A DNA stretch of 64,000 nucleotides from Podarcis vaucheri (lineage: Eukaryota), in NCBI GenBank assembly GCA_965113315.1, contig OZ220379.1; one strand, written 5' to 3'. The notes under the pieces are model-generated. The model was not told the DNA's origin. It saw only the letters and a program-made list of their open reading frames with translations, and searched no databases. Position 1 is the stretch's first letter. Every line of letters begins with the position of its first letter. Positions 43,291 through 57,035 of this stretch are shown in pieces. The translations under genes were made by a program, and so were the position numbers.

Positions 43291-45818
43291 CATTATGTGA
43301 TGACCAGCAAGGGGAGTATACCCCTTTCCCATAGTTGGCTTGCATGGATTACCTGGGTGAGTGGGTGCCTGTTTATGTGTGCATATTTATTTTATATTTC
43401 ATAAAATGTATATACCACTTGATTGTAAAAAAGAGGGGGGGAACCCTCAAAGTGGTTCACATGTAACAGAATGTAGGTAGTTACACACACTGCTGTCCTG
43501 CAGCCCCTAGAATGTTGGTCAATGATAAACACTCCTGAACTATGGTTTTGTATGCATCCCTCCCATGCATAGGATTTTTCTCCTCTGCTTCCTGTTTTTT
43601 GCTATCCATAGTTAACACCAACTTTCAAAACACAATTTGCCAACATAACTTTGCTAAGTTTTACTGCCTGTGCAATTTTTTTTTTTACTGATATATGGAA
43701 AAGCACATGAATCTGACCTTTGGAGAGTTTGTAAGTAAACCATTTTTAAACTTTCCAAACATGTGGTCTTTTCCTGTGCTGGAGGAAGAGGAAAACTTTG
43801 GAAAGGAACTTTTTAAGGGGACATTTTGGAACTTACTTGGAATGGTACATTTTAAAGGTTTTACAGTCTATATTTCCATACTTTACTTTGCTGCATCTCT
43901 CTCTCTTTCTCTCTATACCAGCATATACTAGGTTATTACCCAGTACAGGAGTAGACAATATGGTAATCACCAGATATTTTTTGGGCTATCAGCCCTGACC
44001 AGCTGTGGCTAATGGCCAGGGATTATGGGGTTTGTGGTCTCCAACATACGGAAGGCACCACAATGGCTACCACTGACCAAGCTTTATTCCAAAAGCTGTT
44101 TAAAAAATGTACTTTGTTTAAAGTTTGACATGGAGGCCAACTAAAGTGGTTTTTGGGCCATGGGTCATCTCTGTCTTACAGCATGGGTGGCTATTAATAA
44201 TAAGCCATCATTGCAGAAATTGTCAGTCTTGACTGAAACCCTTGAATGTCACTGACTCCCTTAGAAAAGTGAGCATGTGAAAAATTAAATTTGAAACCAG
44301 CTTATTGTATTGCCACAAAAAGCAAGACCTTCAGGAGGAAGAGCTTCAGAGAAGGGAGCCTGGCATACTCTTGCGGGAATCTGCGCTGTTAATGTGTTCT
44401 TAATGGGACGGACCCAAATACTCAGGTTGCAGATACCAGATTAGGGCCGAGCAACTGCTTCCTGGTGGCTCTTAGTACCGGGGAGCTTTCAAACGCCTGG
44501 ATTCTTTCAGCACTGAGATCATATAATTGCCAGTAGCTTTTTGCCTGAAGGGCAACATGCTGCTATGCAGCACATGGCTTTCCACCATTCCTGCCATGCT
44601 AAGCAAAACCAAATATTGCTTCAGAAAGGGGGCTGCACAGTATGTGAAGGATGCCAGAGATGTAGATTAAGAAAGGACACTTTGGCACCGCCTCAAAAGC
44701 AAGAACTAAAAGAGCTTCACATGCATTAGCTCTTAATGGCCTCTGTTTGCAGCCGCAGAAATTATAAGGACCCTTCTCTGTGGGTCTTTCTGTAGCTTAG
44801 CTCTCTCACATTTACAGTAGGGCTACTCACAGCAGTCAGTCTTCCTCTGCCGCCACCCCGGAAATGCCACACTTTGTTTTATATTGCCTTAAGCAACCGC
44901 CCAGGAGTGGTGGCACCATTTAATTTGTAAAAAGGTGAGTGTTGTTTGGACTTCATGTCAAAGCACTCTTTAGTATACCACGTGACCTAGCTGTGCTTAC
45001 TCAATAGGTACTAGTTTTTATTTGCCTAGTGAACCACCCTGGGCGTTTAACTAAACCGAAGGGCAGCTGACAGATCGATAAATAAACGAACACGAGAAAA
45101 TGAGCAAGGAACAGCACCCCTCCCATTTTCAGGGGCATTCTCATTAGCCAAACTGATAATGTGAAGGGGGGGAAGTCCCACCTACCCTATATAAGAGCAG
45201 CACCAATATACAGGGTTGGGGTAGGAAAGAGCTATCAAATTAGGCCCAGATGCAGTTCTAATTTGGCCCATGAGTCCAAAGTCCAGCTGCCCCATACATG
45301 ACGGCAGTTGCAAAATCAGGAGCCTTAAAATGCACTCCTGATTATTCCTTGGCAAGCAAGGCTGGCAGCCAGCATTGACCAGCTGATGGGTGCTGGTTGC
45401 AAGCTCTGCTGGGATTCCACTGCACTCGAGTGTTTCCACTTGAGCTCCTGGCAGCTGATCCCTGCCAAAAGCAGGGCTTGTACCAGCCAGCAAGCCCTGC
45501 TGGCATCAGCCGTACTTGGGAGTTCCTTTGCAGCCTTGCGTTTCCGCCTGCCCCGCACCTGATGTCATATGCCACTAAGGCATTATATTGCCTTGATGCA
45601 TTGATATCACCTGATACAAGGTCAAAGTCCTGAGTAACACTGGCTCTGCCATCCACTTGCTACGTAGTACCAACAAGGTTCTATTCCCATAGATGAGGCT
45701 GCCACAAATCGTGACTCATCAAACTGAATGGAGCCAACCAACCTCAGGGTGAAACCCACTATGACCTTGACAATCCCCTGCCCTGTTTTCATAGTCCCAA
45801 TGCTGTGTACATGCTGTA

Positions 45819-46041
45819 CAGTGGTACCTCGGGTTACATACGCTTCAGGTTACAGACTCCGCTAACCCAGAAATAGTGCTTCAGGTTAAGAACTTTGCTT
45901 CAGGATGAGAACAGAAATTGTGCTCCGGCGGTGAAGCAGCAGGAGGCCCCATTAGCTAAAGTGGTGCTTCAGGTTAAGAACAGTTTCAGGTTAAGTACGG
46001 ACCTCCGGAATGAATTAAGTACTTAACCCGAGGTACCACTG
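45819..46041. mobile_element. Tc1/pogo (Tigger-like) MITE
   Basis: ta|CAGTGGTACCTCGGGTTA ... TAACCCGAGGTACCACTG|ta, perfect TIR. Confidence 0.92.
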
Positions 46042-46379
46042 TATCTGTAATGCACATTCAAAAAACATTTTCCTCTCAAAAGCTGGGCATGATATACTCT
46101 TGGCTTAGAAAATGGGAAAGAAATGTGTTTTATCGCACTCATGAACTACTCCCCAACAGTAAAGCTATCACTAAGGCAGGACTTCAAGGGGAAACTAAGA
46201 GGCACTAGCTGGTTTCAGCTTGCTTAAGGTTTGCAAAACACCTAGCGAGAGATAGCACCAACTCCCATTATATTTTTTAATTCATTCTATAATAGACCCT
46301 GAACAGGGTAGTCGCAGTGATATACAATACTGTCATAGATCGTGCTATGGGGACCCTGGAGGTCTCAGATAGTTATGGG

Positions 46380-46930
46380 AAGTGGGCATTGGTGAAATAA
46401 TTGATGAAAATAAACTGCAAAAAGCATCCCTTGAGGTCATTCTCAGGTGGCACTGGACCCCATCTAGGTTTGCTAAAATTAGCAATATCATCTGCCCTAT
46501 GTGCTGGGCAGAATATGGCGACGTGGGCTTATTTCTCTGTGCCTGGTTGTGGGTGCAAGATAGTAGGTGTGTTCTGGGACAATGTATTTAAAACAATTGC
46601 TAAAATCGCAAACCAATCCTTCAAACCCAACCTGGCAACTTGCACTTCTTTCTCTAGACATTGATATGAATAACCCTCTTCAGCACAAGAAATTATTATG
46701 CTTTTTACTGACCACTGCTCGTCTTGTAATTGCACAGCATTGGAAACTGAAAACCAAAATTCCTTTTTGCAGTCAGATCAATAATGCATGGGAAGTGGAT
46801 ATATCAGATCGCTTCGCAAGACACAGAACAGCAGCAAAAGGGGTCACTAAAAGAGATAACTTTGGTGAGCTGTGGCCACCTCTCATTGCATTCGTCAATA
46901 AAGGGGAAGGCTTGTTTCCTTCTCCTGCTC
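46380..46930 (+). mobile_element. Degraded L1/Tx1 ORF2 C-terminal (Cys-rich) fragment
   Basis: ILRWHWTPSRFAKI..CPMCW; LLTTARLVIAQHWK; frameshifted. Confidence 0.7.
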
Positions 46931-47139
46931 CTCAAGAATGCTTGTGGAGAGGCTCTATCAATGAAGAACTTACCAGGAGTCGCCATGTACAGCACCCATC
47001 TTGCAGCCCCAGGTGCAGTGAAGATACGAATGGTCGGGGACAGAACACAAGAAGATGCAGTAATAATAGGCCGATCAATTTTGGATTAAAATGGGCCACT
47101 TTACTGATGACAGATGTCAGTAGGTTTCGGCGTGAGCAT

Positions 47140-47990
47140 TAGGTGTGTACCCTGAATCGTCCAACCTGTCTGCTGGTTGATTATTGGGCAGGGTTAATCC
47201 TAGGTTAAGGATCATCACATTGGAATGGCCCCTCCAAGATCACCATTTGGGGGTTGTTGTGGCTTGTCAGTCCCCGCCTTGGCATCCCAACAGGAGTACC
47301 TTCCTCTGGACTTCTTGAATGGGGTACCCTGATCCCTTGGAAGAGCTCCCAAAGCCCCTCTGTCCACTTTGACTAAGGATCCCACTCAATGACTTATCGG
47401 CCACCTGAGTCGGTCCATCCCTGCCAGCCCGTTGCCAAACCACTCATGTCAGCAACCAATCCTGAAGACCACTGCACTTATGCAGCAACCAAGCCTCATT
47501 GCCCATTGGTGACAGGTGCACTCCATTGGGCCTGTAATTGGCTTCCTGGTGATGGAAGCCAAGGCTGCCCTTTAGCAGCCTGCACATGTGGAAGCAATCA
47601 CAGGAGTTGGGGAACCATTGGAATTTGCTGGAGAAGGTGGTAGCAACTACATACAAGGACATGGTCTTGGTGGCTAACTCCTGTTCCTTAATGGACACGT
47701 ATTTCAGAACATCCTCCTCCTGGGTGGGGGGAGTGGGCCAGCCCTGACACCTAAAGACTTTTTTGAAAGAGGACCATGCCCTGGAGTATGTTCAGAATTG
47801 GTGGGGAATCCAACTGCCAAATGAGTGCTGGGTCCAGCCCTGGCAGCCAAAATCGCCAGTGGGGGAAGTGATGTCCTCTACCAGCCACGTGGAAGCCAAC
47901 AGACTACCTTTGACGCCACCATGGCCCGTGCCAGACTGCAATCGCCACTCCCCATCAACTGAAGGTAAGTGGTCCTTGAGAACTGATTTC
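47140..47990 (-). mobile_element. DIRS/Ngaro retrotransposon relic (tyrosine recombinase N-terminal region)
   Basis: ..RAWSSFKK..; ELATKTMSLYVVATTFSSKFQWFPNSCDCFHMCRLLKG resembles the YR core-binding domain. Confidence 0.5.
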
Positions 47991-48079
47991 TATTACATGA
48001 CTTGTATGGTCTGGATGTAAACCTGTTTTAGGTCAATATCTTTGGAATGTTTGTATTGTTGACTTCTTGTTACTCTTGC

Positions 48080-48080
<1 letters not shown>

Positions 48081-48123
<43 letters not shown>
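48081..48123. repeat. (GA)n microsatellite
   Basis: Direct read. Confidence 0.95.
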
Positions 48124-48126
<3 letters not shown>

Positions 48127-49019
48127 GAAGGTCGGGCATGATGGAAACAGGTAACAAGCCAAAACGTGAACTTTGCAAATGTTTACACAGCATGCCTAGT
48201 CTGGAGATACGGTAGCTTCGCTTTGAGAGTTAAGTAACCATGCCTGCTTTTGTGCACGTGTACATGCTCTCTGGCACGTAACATGAGCCTAAGTGCCTAA
48301 CTGCACATTACACCCAAATATACAGAACAGAACAAACATTTGTTTGGAATGCCATAGGGGAGGGTGAGTAGCTTGGGGAAGCCAAGGAAAGATTTAGCCA
48401 CCCCTCCTTCCCCACTGCTTCTCAGCTCTAAAAATCTCCTCTTCCCAAAGGGGTGTTTTTCCTGTTCAAAACAAAAATCAGCTGGGGTTCTCTTACATAC
48501 CTTTGCCCTAAAAAATGTTGAAGGCTGGGTTAGGAAAATAACTTGACCTTACTTTACACAGTATAGTATCAATGCTGCCAAATCTTGCAAACAGAAATGA
48601 CACAATATTGGCCTACAGAAATGTTTGTCGGAGGGTGGCTGTGGTGGAATTAAAAACCTTGTCCTTTTTTGGCCTCAGAGAAAACCTTCAAAGGTGTAAG
48701 TTACCTGGTGGCCCTCTGACTTGCTGATTTGAGCTTTTACGTCACTGCAATCTGAAACAGAAATGTTTTAGTAAAATAAAAGAAGAGCTTTATTGAGTAG
48801 ACACTATTTGTGGAAGAGCTGGAGCTGAATGTCAGCAAAGACTTAAGAATCTACTATCAAAATAATTTTTAGGTGGTGCTATACATTGGTGATTTTTTTG
48901 CATATTAATCCCAATCTGTTCCCCAAAATGCTGGCTACACACACATGGTTCTACACATGGTGCAGCTCTTTTGGGGAGATGGTTTTCCCGGAAATTAATT
49001 TAACAACAAAATAATAATA

Positions 49020-49330
49020 ATTGATACCAATCCCTTTATTAATAGGCCAGCTGAAGATAGTTTGGAAAAGAATTGATTATTTGCGGTTAGCTGCCAGAGT
49101 CGCTATCACAAACAAAGTGAAATATGTGGAAGGATTACCTAAGAATTTATGGTATAGTAAAATTTGGTCCATAGTTATTGCTGAAAATTTTACTCATCAA
49201 AATTAAGGTATGCAAGATGACAAACAACAAAATTGTTCAATTTTTTTAACTATGTCAAAAATTGATTTCATATATTCTAATAATGTTTAAATGCCTCCTG
49301 TGAAATATGCTACAATCTGGAATTCTTGTA
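49020..49330 (+). mobile_element. Old L1/Tx1 ORF2 3' fragment
   Basis: IDYLRLAARVAITNK...LWYSKIWSIVIAE. Confidence 0.5.
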
Positions 49331-49701
49331 GCTTTTCAGCTTTTAGAGAGAATATCATAAGACCTTGAGGACACTCTGAAGAGAAAAAATAACCCTTTTG
49401 TGCGCGCTTTCTCTCTCTCTGTGTCATTTGCTTTCTGTAAGCTGTAATTTATTGGCTGCAAAAACAAGAGCAAAGCCTTTACTCTATCATTGTCTCCTTG
49501 CTGATTCTCAAAAAGATATATCTTATATGAAAAAAGAGAGTAGAAGCTTGTTATGATTGTATCAGAAGGTTGTATAATCTTAGAAAGGGGTGGCCATCAT
49601 GTAGGGACTGTGCACTTTTGAAATAACTTATACACTGCTGCTCATGACTAAGCCCCATTGAGTTCAATTAGGTTTGCTACCAAGTATGTACTGTACTGAA
49701 A

Positions 49702-50059
49702 AGGGATGCGGGTGGCACTGTGGGTTAAACCACAGAGCCTAGGACTTGCTGATCAGAAAGTCAGCGGTTTGAATCCCCGCAACGGGGTGAGCTCCTGTTG
49801 CTCGGTCCCTGCTCCTGCCAACCTAGCAGTTCGAAAGCACCTCAAAGTGCAAGTAGATAAATAGGTACCGCTCCAGTGGGAAGGCAAACGGTGTTTCCGT
49901 GCGCTGCTCTGGTTCGCCAGAAGCGGCTTAGTCATGCTGGCCACATGACCTGGAAGCTGTACGCCGGCTCCCTTGGCCAATAAAGCGAGATGAGCGCCGC
50001 AATCCCAGAGTCGGTTACAACTGTACCTAATGGTCAGGGGCCCCTTTACCTTTACCTTT
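49702..50059 (+). mobile_element. Sauria SINE, full length
   Basis: GGGATGCGGGTGGC head; (ACCTTT)n tail. Confidence 0.9.
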
Positions 50060-51215
50060 AGATAAAATGGAACACTTTTTGGAAGCAAAAATTCACCTGA
50101 AGTTTGAGAATTTCTTGTTCCGTAGAGCAGGTCTCACTTTCAGGAATCGAATGTTTGAGAGGTCTAAACTTCAAGGAGGAAACAGGCTTTTAAATGCACT
50201 CGTTTGTTTGCTAAGTAATCATTTGCTCCTTTTCATGATGGCTGGTCCACTCAAAGCCATTCGCAAGCAAATAACAAAAACACAGTAAAACACCACAATC
50301 AAAATATAATTGTAGAATCACACATTGTTTAGGATTCTTAACAGTCAAAAGCAGGCAGAGGAGCATTAACAGCAACGACATCATAGTGTCATAACAATCA
50401 CCCCACAACCCCAATACACTAAATTTAATCAATGCAAGTGCAATATTAGCTTGAAAACGTCCACATTTGAAGGAAAGAAGATGGCAGCTGGTATCCAAAG
50501 TGTGTAAATGTAGGCAGCCATCTTTACAGTAAGCTCTTTCGGAGTCCTGTTGCTTTTGCCAAGAGAAATAAGGTTATTGAGTTGTATATTGATTTTTCCG
50601 GCAGCTGAGCAAATACTAATAATCTAAGCCTAAGGAAACCTGGAGAAAAACATCGTGTGGACTTTGGATCCCTTAAAGAAAGACTCTTGAGTATGCTGTG
50701 GTTAGGAGAGTGATCAGAATTCAATTTTAGTAAATGCAAGAGCTACTTTGTGGGAAAGGCATGTTATTTCCTCAAGGTATTCTCGTGCCTTCGATTTTAA
50801 TATATCTATGTGTACACTGTGTTTCTCTAGGTGTCAGGGCACACTACAAATATATTCAGAAGGGACTATCAACTGCACTGTTTGTTTGGTAGCTAGTACA
50901 ACAAAGCTGTGTTCATAGATAAATCCTGGGAGCTTATGAAATGAACACAATAATAAAGGCAAAATTCCATAGTACAGCAGTTCTCTCCATTTATTTAAGG
51001 CCTACCTAAAAAATGGAGCTTAGGAAATATACTGCCTGTTTTTCACCTGCATTTGATGTAGAGAATATTCTTCTGGCACAGCCATCTCCTGTTCAATTCC
51101 TGACATCCCTAGCTGAAGGATCTGAGATAAAAGTATTAAACTGAGGAGTTCAGCATGGTCTGCAATTATATGACTACACTAAGCATGTTCGTTTGAAGCA
51201 AGTTTCACAAAAGTT

Positions 51216-54042
51216 GTTGTTTAGTCGTTTAGTCGTGTCCGACTCTTCGTGACCCCATGGACCAGAGCACTCCTGACTTCCACTGCCTCCCGCAGTTTGG
51301 TCAGACTCATGTTTGTAGCTTCGAGAACACTGTCCAACCATCTCGTCCTCTGTTGTCCCCTTCTCCTTGTGCCCTCCATCTTTCCCAGCATCAGGGTCTT
51401 TTCCAGGGAGTCTTCTCTTCTCATGAGGTGGCCAAAGTATTGGAGCCTCAGCTTCACGATCTGTCCTTCCAGTGAGCACTCAGGGCTGATTTCCTTAAGA
51501 ATGGATACGTTTGATCTTCTTGCAGTCCATGGGACTCTCAAGTGTCTCCTCCAGCACCATAATTCAAAAGCATCAATTCTTCGGCGATCAGCCTTCTTTA
51601 TGGTCCAGCTCTCACTTCTATACATCACTACTGGGAAAACCATAGCTTTTACTACACGGACCTTTGTTGGCAAGGTGATGTCTCTACTTTTTAAGATGCT
51701 GTCTAGGTTTGCCATCGCCTTTCTCCCAAGGAGCAGGCGTCTTTTAATTTTGTGACTGCTGTCACCATCTGCAGTGATTATGGAGCCCAAGAAAGTAAAA
51801 TCTCTCACTGCCTCCATTTCTTCCCCTTCTATTTGCCAGGAGGTGATGGGCCCAGTGGCCATGATCGTTTTTTTTATTGTTGAGCTTCAGACCATATTTT
51901 GCGTTCTCCTCTTTCACCCTCATTAAAAGGTTCTTTAATTCCTCCTCACTTTCTGCCATCAAGGTTGTGTCATCTGCATATCTGAGGTTGTTGATATTTC
52001 TTCCAGCGATCTTAATTCCGGCTTGGGATTCATCCAGCCCAGCCTTTCGCATGATGAATTCTGCATATAAGTTAAATAAGCAGGGGGACAATATACAGCC
52101 TTGCTGTACTCCTTTCCCAATTTTGAACCAATCAGTTGTTCCATATCTAGTTCTAACTGTAGCTTCTTGTCCCACATAGAGATTTCTCAGGAGACATATG
52201 AGATGATCAGGCACTCCCATTTCCTTAAGAACTTGCCATGGTTTGCTGTGGTCGACACAGTCAAAGGCTTTTGCATAGTCAGTGAAGCAGAAGTAGATTT
52301 CTTTCTGGAACTCTCTAGCTTTCTCCATAATCCAGCGCATGTTTGCAATTTGGTCTCTGGTTCCTCTGCCTCTTCTAAATCCAGCTTGCACTTCTGGGAG
52401 TTCTCGGTCAACACACTGCTTAAGCCTGCCTTGTAGAATTTTAAGCATAACCTTGCTAGCGTGTGAAATGAGTGCAGTTGTGTGGTAGTTGGAACATTCT
52501 TTGGCACTTCCCTTCTTTGGGATTGGGATGTAGACTGATCTTCTCCAATCCTCTGGCCACTGCTGAGTTTTCCAAATTTGCTGGCATATTGAGTGTAGCA
52601 CCTTGACAGCATCATCTTTTAAAATTTTAAATAGTTCAGCTGGAATATCATTACTTCCACTGGCCTTGTTATTAGCAGTGCTTTCTAAGGCCCATTTGAC
52701 TTCACTCTCCAGGATGTCTGGCTCAAGGTCAGCAACCACACTACCTGGGGTATGCGAGACATCCATTTCTTTCTAGTATACTTCTCTGTGTATTCTTGCC
52801 ACCTCTTCTTGATGTCTTCTGCTTCTGTTAGGTCCTTTCCACTTTTGTCTTTTATTATGGAAGTCTTTGTACGAAATGTTCCTTTCATATCTGCAATTTT
52901 CTTGAACAGATCTCTTGATTTTTCCCATTCTATTGTTTTCCTCTATTTCTTTGCATTGCTCGTTTAAGAAGGCCTTTTTGTCTCTCCTTGCTATTTTTTG
53001 GAAATCTGCATTCAATTTCCTATATCTTTCACTATCTCCCTCGCATTTTGCTTACCTTCTCTCCCCCGCTATTTGTAAGGCCTCGTTGGACAGCCACTTT
53101 GCTTTCTTGCATTTCCTTTTCACTGGGATGGTTTTAGTTGCTGCCTCTTGTATAATGTTACGAGCCTCCATCCATAGTTCTTCAGGTACTCTGTCCACCA
53201 AATCTAAATCCCTAAACCTGTTCCTCACTTCCACTGTGTATTCATAAGGGATTTGTCAGGGAACTGCCATCGGAGCCAGAGGGAGAGGGAGGGCTCCAGA
53301 GGGATTCCAGAGAGCGTACCGGGAGGGAGAGAAGCAGCACATCTTCTGGGGAAGGAAATCAGTGTAGCACCAGTGGAGAAGGGGGGCAGATGGGGGAATT
53401 GGCGAGGTGGCTCCATGACTCCTCGCCGGGGACCAGCGGGGAGAGCACGGGTCCTCCGCTGCCCACACCCTCCCTGTGCAGAAGGCTTCCGCGCAGGGAG
53501 AGTAGGTGGAGACTAGGCATCAAAGAGCTTCTTTGCTGAAAGAAGTTCAAGAAACGCCCACTGACAGATTCTGCCAGCGATTGAGACAGCCACGGGCGAG
53601 TGGCTGTCCAGACAGAAAAGGGTTCACTCAGGCAACCCAGCCAGGTGTGGCGCCGATTTACGCACGAGTAACCCCTAGAACCATTACAGGATTTGACTTA
53701 GATTGTATCTTACTGGCCCAGTGGTTTTTCCTACTTTCTTCAGTTTAAGCTTGAATTTTGCTATACGAAGCTGATGATCTGAGCCACAGTCAGCTCCAGG
53801 TCTTGTTTTTGCTGACTGTATAGAGCTTCTCCATCTTTGGCTGCAGAGAATATAATCAATCTGATTTCAATGCTGCCCATCTGGTGATGTCCATGTGTAG
53901 AGTCTTCTCTCGTGTTGTCGGAAAAGAGTGTTTGTGATGACCAGCTTGTTCTCTTGGCAGAACTCTATTAGCCTTTGCCCTGCTTCGTTTTGAACTCCAA
54001 GGCCAAACTTGCCAGTTGTTCCTTTTATCTCTTGATTCCCTA
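51216..54042 (-). mobile_element. RTE-BovB LINE, 5'-truncated and frameshifted (partial endonuclease + RT)
   Basis: RT ORFs with NNLRYADDT, QQGCILSP; (CAA)n tail; 12-bp TSD TTCACAAAAGTT at 51204-51215 and 54043-54054. Confidence 0.95.
53254..53688 (+). mobile_element. Solo LTR nested in BovB
   Basis: TGTCA...TTACA termini; 5-bp TSD GGATT; BovB sequence resumes seamlessly. Confidence 0.85.
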
Positions 54043-55394
54043 TTCACAAAAGTTAATATGGCTTAATTATGCTCAAATGTTTTTAAGATACATTGCCTCT
54101 AAGCAGAAGTCTCAGGGTCAATCTTGACAGGAATATAGAAATATGGGTTTGCATCTAATGCACAGGTTTTTAAATGTTATTTTCGATGTGCCAATGTTTT
54201 TATGCGTCAAGCGGGAGGTGCGTGATAATTAATAAAACCAGAATAGGTGTGGTGGAGGGATTAAACCTTTTCCTCCAGAGTAGCTGAGAAAAACTCCACG
54301 TTTGGAAATATTCTCTCTCCAGGCCTGCTCTGATTCCATTAATTGTCAGTTCCGCCAGCTGATGTGCATTTTTTTTAAAAAAACCCTACATATTAGCTAC
54401 AAAAACATATTTAATGACATGTGTATGCTGGCCCTTCCTTGACCAGGATCGGGGACTATATTTTGAAGGTTGTGTGGGACTGCCCATGGAATAATGCTAG
54501 CTGTCTGGATCTTATCAATCTGAGAACCTTTACAAACAAGTTGGATAAGAGCAAGTTATTACGCAAAGTCACGCTGCTTGCAGTACCTGTTGATCCTTTG
54601 AAACCTAGTATTAAAGCTAGGACTAAGCCCCTATTGTCCTTGGTTAAAAAACAGCTCACTTTGTGGAAGGATGTAAATAAGGAAGAGTGGGAGAGGGCCT
54701 TTATTTCCCTTAAAAAAAAAAAAAAGAATGTTTAATGGGGTATCTTCAGAGTCTGCTAATAAAAACAGCGTTTCTGAAACGGGTATGTTGTTTAGTAGAT
54801 ACGAGAAACTCCCTTTACTGTGTGGTTAACTGCTATTTAATTTAGATTGCCAGAAAGAGCACCAGGTTAAATAACTGATTTAGAACAAGTTTACAATTCT
54901 TTTATTATTATTATTTTTAAAAGGTCATATTTCCTGGATAAGTGTGTGTGCTATCTGATTGCTATAATGGTTAAAACATGTCTGTTTCAGCTTTCATTCC
55001 AGGGGTTGCTCAGCTGGTGCTTTTCAGATGTTGTTGAACTTCAGCTTCCAACTTTCTTTTGACGTGGTCATGTTGGCTGCAGCTGATGGGAGCTGGAGTC
55101 CCAACAACTCATCCATTGTCTCCCGAGGCAGGCAGGTGCCAGCCAGCTTGTGTGGAAGATCCCTGAAGATCTATGACTTGCATTAATGTTATTGTGATGG
55201 TGGCAGGCACTGGGGTAGTGATTGTTCTTTGCCATCTACCAATATAAGTTTTGATTTGATGGTGGCAGGTTTTTTTGGGGGGGGGGGCAGGGAACCTTGT
55301 GTAAAGACAGGGTGCAGGATGCATTTTATTTCTACTTTGCCCAACCTTTATCCAAAGCAAAGGTGTGCATGTTCTCCCTCACACACACTCACTT

Positions 55395-55850
55395 CTCTCT
55401 TTTATTTTCTTTTTTTCAAATAATATTTATTATTTTCAGTAGATAAACATAGTAAAAAAAAGATTAACAATAATAAAAACAAACAAAGAATAAAAGAAAA
55501 AGAGAAAAAAGAAAAAAGATACATACAGCATATTACCACTTAATTAATTAAAATTAAGTACCTTCCATCTTCATAAACATAGTATTTGACTTCCTCGAAT
55601 CTCTTCCATCCGAATTTCTTAGTAATTATATGTAGCAGTTTCCAATATCAGTGTTTCAAAAGACCATATCACAGTCCTAATCATATTACATAACTTTCCT
55701 TATCGTACATTTTCTTATTTATAAATTTAATTCCAGTTTAATCCTAGGCCTAATTGTTTCTTTCAAGTGGTTACATATCTTTAATATTACAATATTTATT
55801 CAAATAGTCTTTAAATTTCTTCCAGTCTTCTTGATGTTTCTCTTCTTTCT
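55395..55850 (-). mobile_element. L1-type LINE 3' end
   Basis: Minus strand EDWKKFKDYLNKYCNIK followed by AT-rich 3'UTR and A-rich tail. Confidence 0.65.
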
Positions 55851-57035
55851 GGTCACGGATTATCCCGGTGAGATCAGCCAGATCCATAAACTCCATCATC
55901 TTCACTCACTTCTCTCTTGTCTTGGGGACAGAGAGTGGCTCTGGGCGGGGAGAAAGAAGCAACCAGAAACGGGGACGCACCCAAATAGCATCCTCTCAAA
56001 TTCCCAAATGTGCCCATAGGCCCAAAGTGGTTGACCTGACTCCTGACCTAAATTAAGCACAAGAAAATACACCACTTAACCTTCTCATCTTTGCATCTCA
56101 TAATTTAATTTCCATGGAATCCCATCTTAGGGTATCTCACTTGGCAACATCCTTTTAACATATTCCCCAGCATGCTTTTAAAAGTGTTTTGTGTCGGCCA
56201 GTGAGCACTTTCAATTATATTTGTGCGTAAGAGCACCACATGATTATACTTGAGCATGATAACTGCCTACAAAACCACAGCACCGCTTTCACCTCAATCT
56301 TTCCATTTGTTCTGCCATAATTAAGGTGCTAAATATCTATAAATTTAATGGTAGGTTCATAAACGTTCCCTCTTCAAAATGTTTAGTGCCCTGCTCACTA
56401 ACAATAATGGGCATGAATTGTTGTTTGTCAGCAACAAGTGTTCTGGTACATCTTGAAACGAAAACTCCAAAAAAATCATATTCCACTATGTCAGTTCAGA
56501 TGTCAAACGATCTTATGTGTTAATTATTATTCTTACGCACTGAGATGTGTTTGTGCCTCTCTCCCTCCCTAAATAGTAGCCGGTGGGAGGTGGAGGGTTT
56601 AGATCAGAGGTGAGGAACCTGAAGCCATCAAAGTGTTGGCTCTGTTGGCTGGAGCTGATGGGAGTTGGCTGGAGCTGATGGGAGTTGGAGTCCAGCAAAC
56701 ACCTAGAGGGCCACAGAGTCCACACCCCAGTTTAGACTGAGGAAAGGGCTCCAGAGAAAAGGACTCAAAACTCCCAGAGCTCAACTCTGTAATGTTTAAA
56801 AATCCACAGGTGGGACCTACAGCAAAAAAAAACCCCTGCAGTGCACTATCATGCCTAACAGGGTCATAAATCAGTGGAAGAAGGTCTCAACTTCAATCCC
56901 TGGTATCTCCAGCTAGGGCTGGGAATGTCTCCTGCCTGAACCATGAAGAATCACTGCCATTCAGTGTAGAAAGTGTAGACAGCCGGCTTTGACTCAATAT
57001 AAGGCTGTTTCCAATGTTCATGTTCAGGGTTCCAA

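Noticed and set aside
49753-50088. Recurrent ORFs with MTKPLLANQSS motif (also 2421, 13325, 62607)
   Set aside because: Antisense translation of Sauria SINE copies
51221-52766. Long ORFs as host genes
   Set aside because: Frameshifted BovB reverse transcriptase
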